A DNA stretch of 64,000 nucleotides from contig JBKPAO010000036.1 in the NCBI GenBank assembly GCA_046726475.1, forward strand, positions 674 to 64,673, written 5' to 3'. The notes beneath the pieces were generated by a model that made no database searches, was not told the DNA's origin, and saw only the letters and a list, made by a program, of their open reading frames with translations. Origin of the DNA: Gemmatimonadota bacterium (GTDB lineage: Bacteria; Gemmatimonadota; Gemmatimonadetes; Gemmatimonadales; GWC2-71-9). Below are positions 12,349 to 21,008 of the stretch, piece by piece (positions within the stretch are counted from its first letter, which is position 1; each line of letters begins with the position of its first letter). The translations under genes and the position numbers were made by a program.

Positions 12349-12564
12349 ATGGAATGTGACCAGGTCGTAATCTGCCTGTGGGAATATCTGGACCAGGAGT
12401 TGGCTCCGGAAGATGCAGCCGAGGTGAGGGTACACCTGAGCCGATGTCCTCACTGTTACCCGCTATACTGCTGGGACCGGGCGCTGCTGGATCTGCTCGC
12501 GCGGGTACGGAACTCCTGTACAGCTCCGGCAGGCCTGATTAGGTGGGCGCGGCGCCTGGTCTAG
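12349..12564 (+). CDS. zinc-finger (ZAS, HxxxCxxC) anti-sigma factor-like protein, RsrA-like, without adjacent sigma gene
   Basis: 71 aa: MECDQVVICLWEYLDQEL...HLSRCPHC...SCTAPAGLIRW. AGGAGA RBS lies 8 nt upstream. The pattern matches RsrA-type redox anti-sigma factors. Confidence 0.7.
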   Translation: MECDQVVICLWEYLDQELAPEDAAEVRVHLSRCPHCYPLYCWDRALLDLLARVRNSCTAPAGLIRWARRLV

Positions 12565-12565
12565 G

Positions 12566-12889
12566 TCACTTCTGCCGGACTGATTCTTCAATCCATTTCA
12601 AATACTGCTGGTCTCCATCGACCAAGGGGACGGCCACCAATTCGGGGAGCTCGTAGGGGTGGAGCTCCCGGACTCTCCGCTCGATGGCCGGCATCCTGGC
12701 ACGGGTCGTCTTCAGATGGCAGTACCATTCCCCGCTGCGTTCGACGCGTCCTTTCCACCAGTAAGTGCTGGAGACGGGCCCGACCACCTGAGCACAGGCC
12801 GCTAACCGTTCCTGAACCAGAGTGGCCCCGAGTTGTTCCGCTGTCGCCTGGTCGGGTAATGTGGTCGTGACCTGACAGCAGCCGCTCAC
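12566..12889 (-). CDS. cutA: divalent-cation tolerance protein CutA
   Basis: Core sequence VTTTLPDQATAEQLGATLVQERLAACAQV...STYWWKGRVE...HPYELPELVAVPL. I chose GTG 12889 (108 codons) because the 140-aa ORF-track version adds an atypical extension. Confidence 0.85.
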   Translation of the reverse strand: MSGCCQVTTTLPDQATAEQLGATLVQERLAACAQVVGPVSSTYWWKGRVERSGEWYCHLKTTRARMPAIERRVRELHPYELPELVAVPLVDGDQQYLKWIEESVRQK

Positions 12890-12932
12890 TTCAGAAATCT
12901 GGTACTCCCGTCGAGTATATTGAGGCCGGTGT

Positions 12933-13334
12933 TTATCGCTTTCCCTTTGCGCCGGCGCCGGCCGGCAACCCCAGGGTCTCAGCACCACGTTTCCCGTCGT
13001 TGAGGGGCGTGACCATCGTTCGCCAGCCGCTCTTGAACTGTACGGTTAGCAGCAAACCCTGAGCATCAGCCTTGACCCCGACGACGTCGGGAAGCGAGCC
13101 AGCGTAAGTCGTCGCGGCTTTCGCCTGTTTCCGACGCGCTTCGGGCGAGGATCCCTGACCGGCGTGTCCGAACTCACGGGCAATGGCGATCTCCTCCGCC
13201 TGCTCGCGTCCGTATCGGGCGTACTGGTCCGCCGGAACCAGGCCATCCTGGTTGGTAACCTGAGACGCGAGATCATAGTTCCGACAGGATGCCACCGTGA
13301 TTACCAGCACACCGATACCAAAGGATCGCCACAT
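12933..13334 (-). CDS. hypothetical lipoprotein
   Basis: The internal ATG at 13334 gives MWRSFGIGVLVITVASC, a signal peptide plus lipobox. The upstream 69 codons overlap the divergent PAP2 gene. No domain recognised. Confidence 0.5.
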   Translation of the reverse strand: MWRSFGIGVLVITVASCRNYDLASQVTNQDGLVPADQYARYGREQAEEIAIAREFGHAGQGSSPEARRKQAKAATTYAGSLPDVVGVKADAQGLLLTVQFKSGWRTMVTPLNDGKRGAETLGLPAGAGAKGKR

Positions 13335-14175
13335 CCTGACTCCCAGGGCTGAGATTTCGCGAGATACCACGCCCGAAAGTAACCTGGCTGCTGGGCCGGC
13401 CGAAATTGGGTCGCCGGCTGGACATTCACCTCGCCTCGCCTTTTCGCGCCCGGCTCTGCTACTCGTCACGCTTGCTGCTGCCCACCCGCTTGCCGCCACG
13501 GCCCAAGATACCATCTTCTCCCACCCCTCCGTGCATGTCATACAGTGGTGGGAGGGGGCGCTCGCGGTCGGTGCTCTATCAGGGCTTATGTTGCTGGACG
13601 ACCCGGTTCAGCGCTTTGCCCAGGACAACCGCAGTTCGAGCGCTGATGATGTTGCCCGAACGGTACGTCATGTCGGACAGCCGGAATTTTATGGCACCGT
13701 GACTCTGGGACTCCTCGGGGTCGGCCTGGTAAGCGGACATGATCAGGTGACTCGCGCCGGTGCCAGATTGGCCGCCACGCTGCTGCTTGCGGGCGCTACT
13801 ACAACCCTGGGGAAATTGGCTTTTGGCCGACCGCGTCCCAGTGAAAGTCTGGACATCGATGGCTTCGTTCCGTTTTCCGGTCAGGATGCGATGCCGTCCG
13901 GTCACACCACCATGGCATTTGCTCTCGCGACAGCACTCGCCGACGACATCAGGAGGCCGTGGGCCAGCGTGGGACTGTATACCCTGGCCACCGGCGTCGG
14001 GTGGTCTCGAATCAACGACAATCGGCACTGGGTCAGTGACGTGGCCGCGGGAGCCCTGGTGGGAATTACCTCTGCCAAGCTCGTGAATGGCCGATGGAGG
14101 GTGTTCAACCTGCATCCACCCAGCGTCCTCATCGGCCCACACCAAGCTGAAATCGCCTGGCGGACGACGTTCTGA
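13297..14175 (+). CDS. PAP2 superfamily phosphatase (start uncertain, probably downstream of 13297)
   Basis: All three PAP2 motifs are present: KLAFGRPRP, PSGH, SRINDNRHWVSDV. A signal-like segment LLLVTLAAAHPLAATAQ suggests a later start. Confidence 0.85.
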   Translation: MITSTPIPKDRHILTPRAEISRDTTPESNLAAGPAEIGSPAGHSPRLAFSRPALLLVTLAAAHPLAATAQDTIFSHPSVHVIQWWEGALAVGALSGLMLLDDPVQRFAQDNRSSSADDVARTVRHVGQPEFYGTVTLGLLGVGLVSGHDQVTRAGARLAATLLLAGATTTLGKLAFGRPRPSESLDIDGFVPFSGQDAMPSGHTTMAFALATALADDIRRPWASVGLYTLATGVGWSRINDNRHWVSDVAAGALVGITSAKLVNGRWRVFNLHPPSVLIGPHQAEIAWRTTF

Positions 14176-14182
14176 GCCCGAG

Positions 14183-14569
14183 ATGGTACGACTCCCTGCA
14201 GCCAACGCAACTCTCAAGGCGCATCTCACTCCCCGGCATAAGGTCTGGTTGAATTGGGATGGGCTGTTTCTGATGGGACCCAATTACCTCCGCTTCCTGG
14301 CGGCGGTCGACGACACTGGGACGATCCGGGAGGGCGGCCGAGCGGTAGGCTGGAGCTATCGTACTTGTCTCAACCGACTCCGCCGGATGGAGAGGGTGTT
14401 GGGGCGGCCAGTCCTTTTGACCAACCGGGGTGGCAAGGCTGGAGGCGGAGCCCGGCTGACGCCGGAAGCGCGCCGGTTCGTCAGGATCTTTTCGCGATGG
14501 CAGCGAGATGTCGAGCGGCTCAGCCTCCGGGCGTTCGCCCGGGCGGTGAAGAGCGGAGATAGTCGATAG
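14183..14569 (+). CDS. ModE N-terminal-like winged-helix transcriptional regulator
   Basis: From ATG 14183: LRFLAAVDDTGTIREGGRAVGWSYRTCLNRLRRMERVLGRPVLLTNRGGKAGGGARLTPEAR. This matches the ModE/LysR-type HTH_1 pattern. Confidence 0.65.
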   Translation: MVRLPAANATLKAHLTPRHKVWLNWDGLFLMGPNYLRFLAAVDDTGTIREGGRAVGWSYRTCLNRLRRMERVLGRPVLLTNRGGKAGGGARLTPEARRFVRIFSRWQRDVERLSLRAFARAVKSGDSR

Positions 14570-14623
14570 TAATCGGTTGCCGACCTGTTCTGATTATCTT
14601 CACGAATCTCCGGCTTCGGTGAA

Positions 14624-16255
14624 GTGATGAGCGGGACGTCCAACATACCCACCCCACGCAATGAGCCGGTGCTCAGTTACGCACCGGGATCCCCCGAACG
14701 TGCCGCCCTCAAGGGGGCCCTGAACGCCGTCGGCTCGCGCCCGGCCGACATTCCCGCGATTGTCGGTGGTCGGGAGGTACGGACCGGTGTGACTCATGAT
14801 GTGGTCTCACCGCATTGCCATGGGAGAGTACTCGCCCGAACGCATCAAGCCGACCGGGCCACCATCGATGCCGCGGTCAAAACCGCGGTGGAAGCGCAAC
14901 GTGATTGGGGACACTGGCGCTTCGAGGACCGGGCCGCAGTGTTTCTCCGGGCAGCGGAGCTTTTGGCGACTACCCACCGGCAGCTGCTCAATGCTGCCAC
15001 CATGTTGGGACAGAGCAAAACCGCCTTTCAGGCCGAGATCGACAGTGCCTGCGAGCTGATCGATTTCCTCCGATTCAACGTGCACTACGCCGATCGGATC
15101 TATCGCGAGCAACCGGAGTCCTCTCCCGGAGTCTGGAATCGCATGGACCACCGACCGCTCGAAGGCTTCATCTATGCCATCACGCCGTTCAACTTCACGG
15201 CCATCGGTGGCAACCTGCCGACCGCCCCGGCGTTAATGGGGAATGCCGTCGTCTGGAAGCCGGCAGCGACTGCGATGCTGAGCAACTGGTACTTCTACAA
15301 GCTGTTGGAGGACGCAGGGCTTCCTCCGGGCGTCATCAACTTTCTCCCCGGCGATTCCATCCAAGTAAGTGAGACGCTGCTGGCGAACCGCCAGCTCGCG
15401 GGCATCCATTTCACCGGATCTACCGCAGTCTTCCAGAGCCTTTGGAAATCAGTGGGCAACAACCTGGACCGGTACGCTGGCTATCCTCGCATCGTGGGCG
15501 AAACCGGGGGCAAGGATTTCATCCTCGCGCACCCCAGCGCTGATGTGGATGCCCTTGCGGTGGGTATGGTACGCGGTGCCTACGAGTATCAGGGGCAGAA
15601 ATGTAGCGCTGCCTCCCGGGCCTATATCCCCGATTCCCTCTGGCCTGCAGTGCGGGATCGAGCGGTTGGCATGATCGGAGATCTCCGAATGGGGGATGTC
15701 GCCGACTTCAGGAACTTCATGGGAGCGGTCATCGATCGCCGAGCGTTCACTCGGCTCAGGGATCATCTCGAGTCAGCGAAGCGAGATGCCGGAGTAAAGG
15801 TCCTGGCGGGCGGTGGCGCCGACGATTCGGTTGGCTTCTTTGTGGAGCCGACCCTGCTTCAGGTAGAAGATCCAAACTACCGGCTGATGTGCGAGGAGAT
15901 TTTCGGCCCAGTGCTGACCGTCCACGTGTATCCCGCCGGGCGCTGGCAGGAGACGCTCGCGCTGGTCGATCGCACCAGCCCCTACGCCCTGACGGGGGCG
16001 GTGTTCGCCCGGGACCGGAGAGCCATCATTGAGGCCGATCGAGCGCTCCGCTACTCCGCAGGCAACTATTACATCAACGACAAGCCAACCGGTGCGGTGG
16101 TGGGACAACAGCCGTTTGGGGGAGGCCGGGCCAGCGGTACCAATGACAAGGCGGGGTCGATCCTCAACCTGCTGCGGTGGGTATCTCCCCGGAGCATCAA
16201 GGAGACGCTGAACCCACCCAAGGATTACCGTTATCCCTACATGGAGGCGGAGTAG
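14624..16255 (+). CDS. pruA: L-glutamate gamma-semialdehyde (1-pyrroline-5-carboxylate) dehydrogenase
   Basis: 543 aa in the aldehyde dehydrogenase superfamily (VGETGGKDF, catalytic QKCSAASR). The length and N-terminus (NEPVLSYAPGSPER) are typical of PruA. Confidence 0.9.
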   Translation: MMSGTSNIPTPRNEPVLSYAPGSPERAALKGALNAVGSRPADIPAIVGGREVRTGVTHDVVSPHCHGRVLARTHQADRATIDAAVKTAVEAQRDWGHWRFEDRAAVFLRAAELLATTHRQLLNAATMLGQSKTAFQAEIDSACELIDFLRFNVHYADRIYREQPESSPGVWNRMDHRPLEGFIYAITPFNFTAIGGNLPTAPALMGNAVVWKPAATAMLSNWYFYKLLEDAGLPPGVINFLPGDSIQVSETLLANRQLAGIHFTGSTAVFQSLWKSVGNNLDRYAGYPRIVGETGGKDFILAHPSADVDALAVGMVRGAYEYQGQKCSAASRAYIPDSLWPAVRDRAVGMIGDLRMGDVADFRNFMGAVIDRRAFTRLRDHLESAKRDAGVKVLAGGGADDSVGFFVEPTLLQVEDPNYRLMCEEIFGPVLTVHVYPAGRWQETLALVDRTSPYALTGAVFARDRRAIIEADRALRYSAGNYYINDKPTGAVVGQQPFGGGRASGTNDKAGSILNLLRWVSPRSIKETLNPPKDYRYPYMEAE

Positions 16256-16275
16256 TTGATGGGTGCTGAGAGCGG

Positions 16276-17397
16276 TCAGGGAGCCGGTGCTGAAGCGGCT
16301 ACCTGGACGCCCGCGGGCTCCTCACCTACATAGCGGTACTGCCATGCCTGCAAGGGCAGGGCAGGCTCCCGGAGTGCTTGGTCGATGATGCTCCGAAGCG
16401 GCGTCAGGGTGCAAACCGGGTCGGTGTTCGCGGCATCGCCGGTAAGCGCGAACGCCTGACAACGGCAGCCGCCGAAGTCCACCGCTTTTCGGGGGCAACT
16501 CCTGCAGGGCTCCCGCATCCAACTGTCACCGCGGAACATTTTGAACGCGGGCGATTCCTGCCAAATCCATTCCAGTGAATGGTCCCGCACGTTGTCGAAG
16601 GTCAGTGTGGTGATTTGGGTAGCGCCGTGGCAGGGCAACACGCTTCCATTGGGCGCGATCACGATATAGAGCTTGCCCCATCCGCCGTAGCATGCCTTGG
16701 GATACGCCTCGTAGTAATCCGGTAAGACATAAGTGATCTGCATTCGGCCGCGGTAGCGCTGGATCGCGCGCTCCGCCACCTCGCGCGACCGCTCAACCTG
16801 GTCGCGCGTCGGCTGCAGCGTGGCTCGATTCAACAACCCCCAGCCGTAATACTGGGTGTTGGCAAGCTCCACTCGGTCGGCGCCTAGGTCGGCCGCCAGA
16901 TCGATAATCGTCTCGATCCGGTCGAGATTTGCCCGATGCAGCACCACGTTGACCGTAAACGCGAACCCCAGCTCCCTGACCAGTGCCGCAGCTGCCTGCT
17001 TGTGCTTGACCGAACGCACCCCCGCGATGCCCTCGGCCATTTCAGGATCCGAGTCCTGGATCGAGATCTGGATGTGCTCGAGCCCGGCTTCCTTCAAGCG
17101 CTCCGCTCGGGGACGGGTCAGTCCGAGCCCAGAGGTCACCAGCGTCGAGTAGAGGCCTTCCCGACGAGCGTGCTCCGCGAGCTCCTCCAGGTCTTTCCGC
17201 AAAAGCGGCTCTCCACCAGAGAGTCCCAGCTGGAGCACGCCGAGTGCGCGCGCTTCGGTAAATACCCGCTTCCAGTCTGAGGTCGACAGCTCGCCTTCAG
17301 CGCGGATCAGCTCCAGCGGATTCGAGCAGTAGGGGCAGTGGAGCGGACAGCGGTGGGTCAGCTCTGCCAGCAGGGTAGTGGGACGATCAGCCGGCAC
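16276..17397 (-). CDS. pqqE: PQQ biosynthesis radical SAM protein PqqE
   Basis: LLAELTHRCPLHCPYCSNP radical-SAM cluster motif, plus a C-terminal SPASM-type Cys cluster. Positioned at the end of the pqq operon. Confidence 0.95.
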   Translation of the reverse strand: MPADRPTTLLAELTHRCPLHCPYCSNPLELIRAEGELSTSDWKRVFTEARALGVLQLGLSGGEPLLRKDLEELAEHARREGLYSTLVTSGLGLTRPRAERLKEAGLEHIQISIQDSDPEMAEGIAGVRSVKHKQAAAALVRELGFAFTVNVVLHRANLDRIETIIDLAADLGADRVELANTQYYGWGLLNRATLQPTRDQVERSREVAERAIQRYRGRMQITYVLPDYYEAYPKACYGGWGKLYIVIAPNGSVLPCHGATQITTLTFDNVRDHSLEWIWQESPAFKMFRGDSWMREPCRSCPRKAVDFGGCRCQAFALTGDAANTDPVCTLTPLRSIIDQALREPALPLQAWQYRYVGEEPAGVQVAASAPAP

Positions 17398-17650
17398 GGA
17401 CCAGCTCCCGCTCAGCCATCTGTTGGAGGTACTCGGTTACATCGGCGGTAACGTCAGTGTGATACCGCTCCCCGAGGATGATGACGATCTCGCCGACCGT
17501 CCGATTCCCATTGCACAGCTCCAGGATGGCGGCGCCGGTGTCGTTCAGCAGCACGGCGCCTTCCGGGTAGAGCAGGACATGCCGCTGCCGGACTGGGTCG
17601 TACTCCAGTCGGGCCAGCTTCCAGAGACGCGGAACCGAGTCGGCAGTCAT
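17387..17650 (-). CDS. pqqD: PQQ biosynthesis peptide chaperone PqqD
   Basis: The ATG at 17650 overlaps the pqqC stop (ATGA). The 87-aa product reads MTADSVPRLWKLARLEYDPVRQRHVLLYPEGAVLLNDTGAAILELCNG. The ORF-track start at 17752 is an extension into pqqC. Confidence 0.9.
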   Translation of the reverse strand: MTADSVPRLWKLARLEYDPVRQRHVLLYPEGAVLLNDTGAAILELCNGNRTVGEIVIILGERYHTDVTADVTEYLQQMAERELVRAG

Positions 17651-18396
17651 TCCGCGTACGCGTGGTGAATGGTGTCGATCATCACCCAGAGCATCTCCAA
17701 CTTGAAGGCCAGCGCCTCGAAGGCTCGGCGCTGGGTCTCGACGGTGGTGCAACGCTCCTGCACCAGTCGCAGCCCCTGTTGGCTGTCTCGCGGTGCTTGA
17801 ACCAGTCGGCTCCGGAAATATTCCAGGGCATCGGCCTCGATCCAGGGATAGTGCTTGGGAAATGCCGCGATCCGCTTCCGCATCAGGTCGGGTGCAAACA
17901 GCTCAGTCAGCGATGAGGCGACCGCCTCGATCCATGGCTTGGTCTTGCAGAACGTCACGTAGGATTCGGCGGCCAGCCGAACCCCGGGGAGTACATGCCG
18001 TTCATCTTCCATCTCTCTCCGGGGAACACCGAGCGCGACGCCCAGGCGGATCCACATTTCGATGCCGCCGGTACCACGCTCCACACCATCGTGATCCACG
18101 ATCCGCTGTATCCAGGCCCGGCGGATATCGGGGTCGGGGCAGTTCGAAATGATCGCTGCGTCCTTCCGGGGGATGGCACGCTGGTACGCCAGACGATTAG
18201 CCACCCATCCCTGCAGTTGACGGGGTGTGAGCCGGCCCTCGTGCATGAGTTGGTGGAATGGATGATTGGCGTAATACGACGTGCTGAATGACCGCAAGCC
18301 GTCGGCCAGTTCCTCGGGGGAGAGCGCCTCTGAGAGAGCGGGGAATGGGGGTCGCGGGGGCGCTGCAAGCGCCGAAGGCCTCAGGGCAGTCGTCAT
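17647..18396 (-). CDS. pqqC: pyrroloquinoline-quinone synthase PqqC
   Basis: 249 aa with YYANHPFHQLMHEGRLTPRQLQGWVANRLAYQ, typical of PqqC, in operon context. Confidence 0.95.
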   Translation of the reverse strand: MTTALRPSALAAPPRPPFPALSEALSPEELADGLRSFSTSYYANHPFHQLMHEGRLTPRQLQGWVANRLAYQRAIPRKDAAIISNCPDPDIRRAWIQRIVDHDGVERGTGGIEMWIRLGVALGVPRREMEDERHVLPGVRLAAESYVTFCKTKPWIEAVASSLTELFAPDLMRKRIAAFPKHYPWIEADALEYFRSRLVQAPRDSQQGLRLVQERCTTVETQRRAFEALAFKLEMLWVMIDTIHHAYAE

Positions 18397-18397
18397 C

Positions 18398-19351
18398 TCA
18401 GATAGTGAGGCTCATGCCGTCCGCTCCAACAGCGATGCCGGCGCGCTCGACAACGGCTCGCTCGGAGGAGTCTTCCAGCAACATGGGATTGGTGTTGTTG
18501 ATGTGAGTGTAGACCTTCTGCGGCCGGGCCAGTGATCTGAGTAGCTCCAAACTCCCACCGTTGCCCGAGACGGGAAGGTGGTCCATTTCACGAGCTCGCC
18601 GGTCGCTGATCCCGAGCCGGACCAATTCATCGTCGGTCCAGAAGGTGCCATCGAACAGCACCAGGTCGGTGTCTCCCAACCGCCGCATCAGCGAGTCGTC
18701 CAGGTCGCCACAGCCGGGGACGAACGCCAAGGTAGCGCCAGTGTCCTCATCTTCGATGATCAGCCCAACCGTATGTCCCGGCTCCGCTGACCGAGCGAAT
18801 CGTGGCGGACCGGCGGGAACCGAGAATGGGGTGATCCACAAGCGACTCGCTTCCCCGTCTCTATACCGAAGCTCGCTTCGCTGCAGCGGCATGATCTCGG
18901 TCACCTTCACTTCGGCGAAGGAACGGGTGACCGGCAGGATCCGGGAGTCTTGCTCCAGCACTCCTCGGACGGCCGGCGTGGCGTACAGTTGAAGTGCCCG
19001 AGCCTCCCTGAGCAGTACCAGTCCCAGGGTATGATCCAGCTCCGCATCAGTGGTCACGATTCCTTCCAGCGGAACGTGGCGGACACCGGACGGCATCGGC
19101 CCCGGCAGGCAGACGATCTGGTCCCTGACGTCAGGTGAGGCGTTGAGCAGAAACCAGCGTTCACCATCTGAGCTGACGGCGGCGGATGACTGGCTGCGAG
19201 GGAAGGCTCGTCGCGGGTTCGAGCGTCCGACCCGGCACACGGGGCACCAGCAGTTCCACTGCGGGAACCCTCCACCAGCAGCGGTACCGAGAAGAACGAC
19301 TCGCAAGCGGGAACAGCTGAAGGGCCCGCTTTCGCGAGCCCCCCAAATCAA
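18398..19351 (-). CDS. pqqB: PQQ biosynthesis protein PqqB (metallo-beta-lactamase fold)
   Basis: LRVVLLGTAAGGGFPQWNCWCPVC signature. A TTG at 19306 is an alternative start. Confidence 0.93.
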   Translation of the reverse strand: MIWGARESGPFSCSRLRVVLLGTAAGGGFPQWNCWCPVCRVGRSNPRRAFPRSQSSAAVSSDGERWFLLNASPDVRDQIVCLPGPMPSGVRHVPLEGIVTTDAELDHTLGLVLLREARALQLYATPAVRGVLEQDSRILPVTRSFAEVKVTEIMPLQRSELRYRDGEASRLWITPFSVPAGPPRFARSAEPGHTVGLIIEDEDTGATLAFVPGCGDLDDSLMRRLGDTDLVLFDGTFWTDDELVRLGISDRRAREMDHLPVSGNGGSLELLRSLARPQKVYTHINNTNPMLLEDSSERAVVERAGIAVGADGMSLTI

Positions 19352-19357
19352 TGCTGG

Positions 19358-19432
19358 TTAGAGCGTGGCAACGTACGCGGTGACTTCCATGGTCACGGCC
19401 ACCACTTCAGCTTCGGGCTTGGTCCAAGACAT
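19358..19432 (-). CDS. pqqA: PQQ precursor peptide PqqA
   Basis: 24-codon ORF MSWTKPEAEVVAVTMEVTAYVATL with the conserved E-x-x-x-Y (EVTAY), 6 nt upstream of pqqB. In the ORF track it is hidden as the C-terminal end of a 96-aa ORF. Confidence 0.9.
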   Translation of the reverse strand: MSWTKPEAEVVAVTMEVTAYVATL

Positions 19433-19487
19433 AATGTTTGCTCCGCAAGAGTATATAAGGCCGTCGCGTACCGACGACCTACGGCAA

Positions 19488-19505
19488 TGGCAGGGGGCGT
19501 GCCAG
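19488..19505 (-). promoter_or_regulatory. candidate sigma54 (-24/-12) promoter upstream of pqqA
   Basis: The minus strand reads CTGGCACGCCCCCTGCCA, that is TGGCAC-N5-CTGC with correct GG/GC spacing against the TGGCAC-N5-TTGC consensus. It lies about 55 nt upstream of the pqqA ATG. An imperfect palindrome TGGGGCATATGCACCA at 19601..19616 sits about 100 nt further upstream. Confidence 0.5.
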
Positions 19506-19628
19506 AACGGTGAAACTCGCCTTTGCCGGTAAGTCGAAGCCTCTCGCGGGGTTGCCAAAAGCCACTCGGCCCTCTCGCACTCAGAAAGAGGGGGATTGGG
19601 TGGGGCATATGCACCAAGGTGGGTTTCT

Positions 19629-21008
19629 TTACCCACCTTGCAGACCAAACTTCTTGAGGCGATACCGTAGGGTGTCGCGGGTAATACCGAGACGCTGGGC
19701 CGCCTTGGTCTGGTTTCCGCCGGCCTCGCGCATCGCGCGCTCGATCATTGATCGCTCCCATTGACCGAGGTCTCCGTCCGGGATCTCTCCCGCAGGGATT
19801 TGGCGACTGCCGTCTCCCCCCGCAGGGCTGAGTGCAGGGAGGGAGAGGTGCTCGACAGCGACAATGGGTTCACGGCTCCAGAGCACAGCTCGCTCCATCA
19901 CGTGGCTGAGCTCGCGCACGTTACCCGGCCACGGATAATCCAACAGGGCGTCGCGGGCACGATCATCTATGCCGCGGACCTCCTTGCCGTACTTCGCGCA
20001 GAAACGCTGAAGAAAGTGCTCTGCGAGGAGTAAAACGTCGTCACCCCGCTCCCGAAGCGGCGGTAAGTGAAGCAGGATGACGGCGAGCCGGAAGTAGAGG
20101 TCGCCCCGGAATTGATTCCGCTGCACCTCTCGCTCGAGGTCTCGGTTGGTCGCTGCGAGAATGCGAACATCGATACGACGGTCCCGAATGCCACCGACCC
20201 GCCGGACCATTCGCTCCTCAATGGCCCGCAACAGCTTACCCTGGAGGGAAAGCTCCAGGTCTCCGATCTCGTCGAGAAAAAGAAACCCACCTTCGGCTGC
20301 CTCGAAGAGTCCGAGCTTCGACTCCTTGGCGTCGGTAAACGCACCCCGCTCGTAGCCGAAGAGCTCGGCCTCCATCAGGTTGGCAGGCAATGCTGTGCAG
20401 TTAACGTCTATGAACGGCTTTCCGGCACGGGCTCCCGAGGTGTGCAGCGTGCGGGCGACGAGCCCTTTGCCGGTTCCGGTCTCGCCGGTAATGAGGACCG
20501 GAGGAGTTTCGGCGAGCGCCGCCACCTGACGAACCCGATCCATGACTTCCAGCATCGCGGGAGAACGCCCTAAGATTCCGGCGAAGGGAGCCTCATTTGC
20601 CGCCCGCCGGCGATAATAGGAAAGCTCTTGTTTCAGCACCGCAGTCTCGCGAGCTCGGTCGGCGAGCAGCTTCAGCTCTTCGAGATCCACTGGCTTCTTC
20701 ATGTAATCGAAGGCGCCGAGTTTGACCGCCTCTACTGCGCCTTCGATCGTTCCGTAGGCGGTCATCATAATCACGGGTATCGCCGGGTCGAACTCTCGTA
20801 TGCGGCGCAAGAGATCGATCCCACTGATCCCGGGTAAGCGTACGTCGGCAAAGACCAGATCTGGTCTCAGGCTCTGGAGCAGCTCGACGGCGGATTCCCC
20901 ATCGCTCGCCACCTCGGCCACGTAGCCGGCCTCGGTTAGAAATGCCTTGATCGCCCGGGCCAGAGTACGCTCGTCATCGACCACCAGCACCGTACCACCC
21001 GGATTCAT
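19629..21008 (-). CDS. sigma54-dependent response regulator (NtrC family: REC + AAA+ + Fis-type HTH)
   Basis: 459 aa with a REC domain (VLVVDDE...DLVFADVRLPG), Walker A GETGTGKG, the sigma54-contact motif ERGAFTDA, and a C-terminal HTH (GNQTKAAQRLGITRDTLRYRLKK). Confidence 0.93.
   Translation of the reverse strand: MNPGGTVLVVDDERTLARAIKAFLTEAGYVAEVASDGESAVELLQSLRPDLVFADVRLPGISGIDLLRRIREFDPAIPVIMMTAYGTIEGAVEAVKLGAFDYMKKPVDLEELKLLADRARETAVLKQELSYYRRRAANEAPFAGILGRSPAMLEVMDRVRQVAALAETPPVLITGETGTGKGLVARTLHTSGARAGKPFIDVNCTALPANLMEAELFGYERGAFTDAKESKLGLFEAAEGGFLFLDEIGDLELSLQGKLLRAIEERMVRRVGGIRDRRIDVRILAATNRDLEREVQRNQFRGDLYFRLAVILLHLPPLRERGDDVLLLAEHFLQRFCAKYGKEVRGIDDRARDALLDYPWPGNVRELSHVMERAVLWSREPIVAVEHLSLPALSPAGGDGSRQIPAGEIPDGDLGQWERSMIERAMREAGGNQTKAAQRLGITRDTLRYRLKKFGLQGG

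Noticed and set aside
13335-13541. N-terminal 69-codon extension of the lipoprotein ORF (202 aa in the ORF track).
   Set aside because: The internal ATG 13334 yields a textbook lipoprotein signal peptide. The extension overlaps the divergent PAP2 ORF and lacks coding character.
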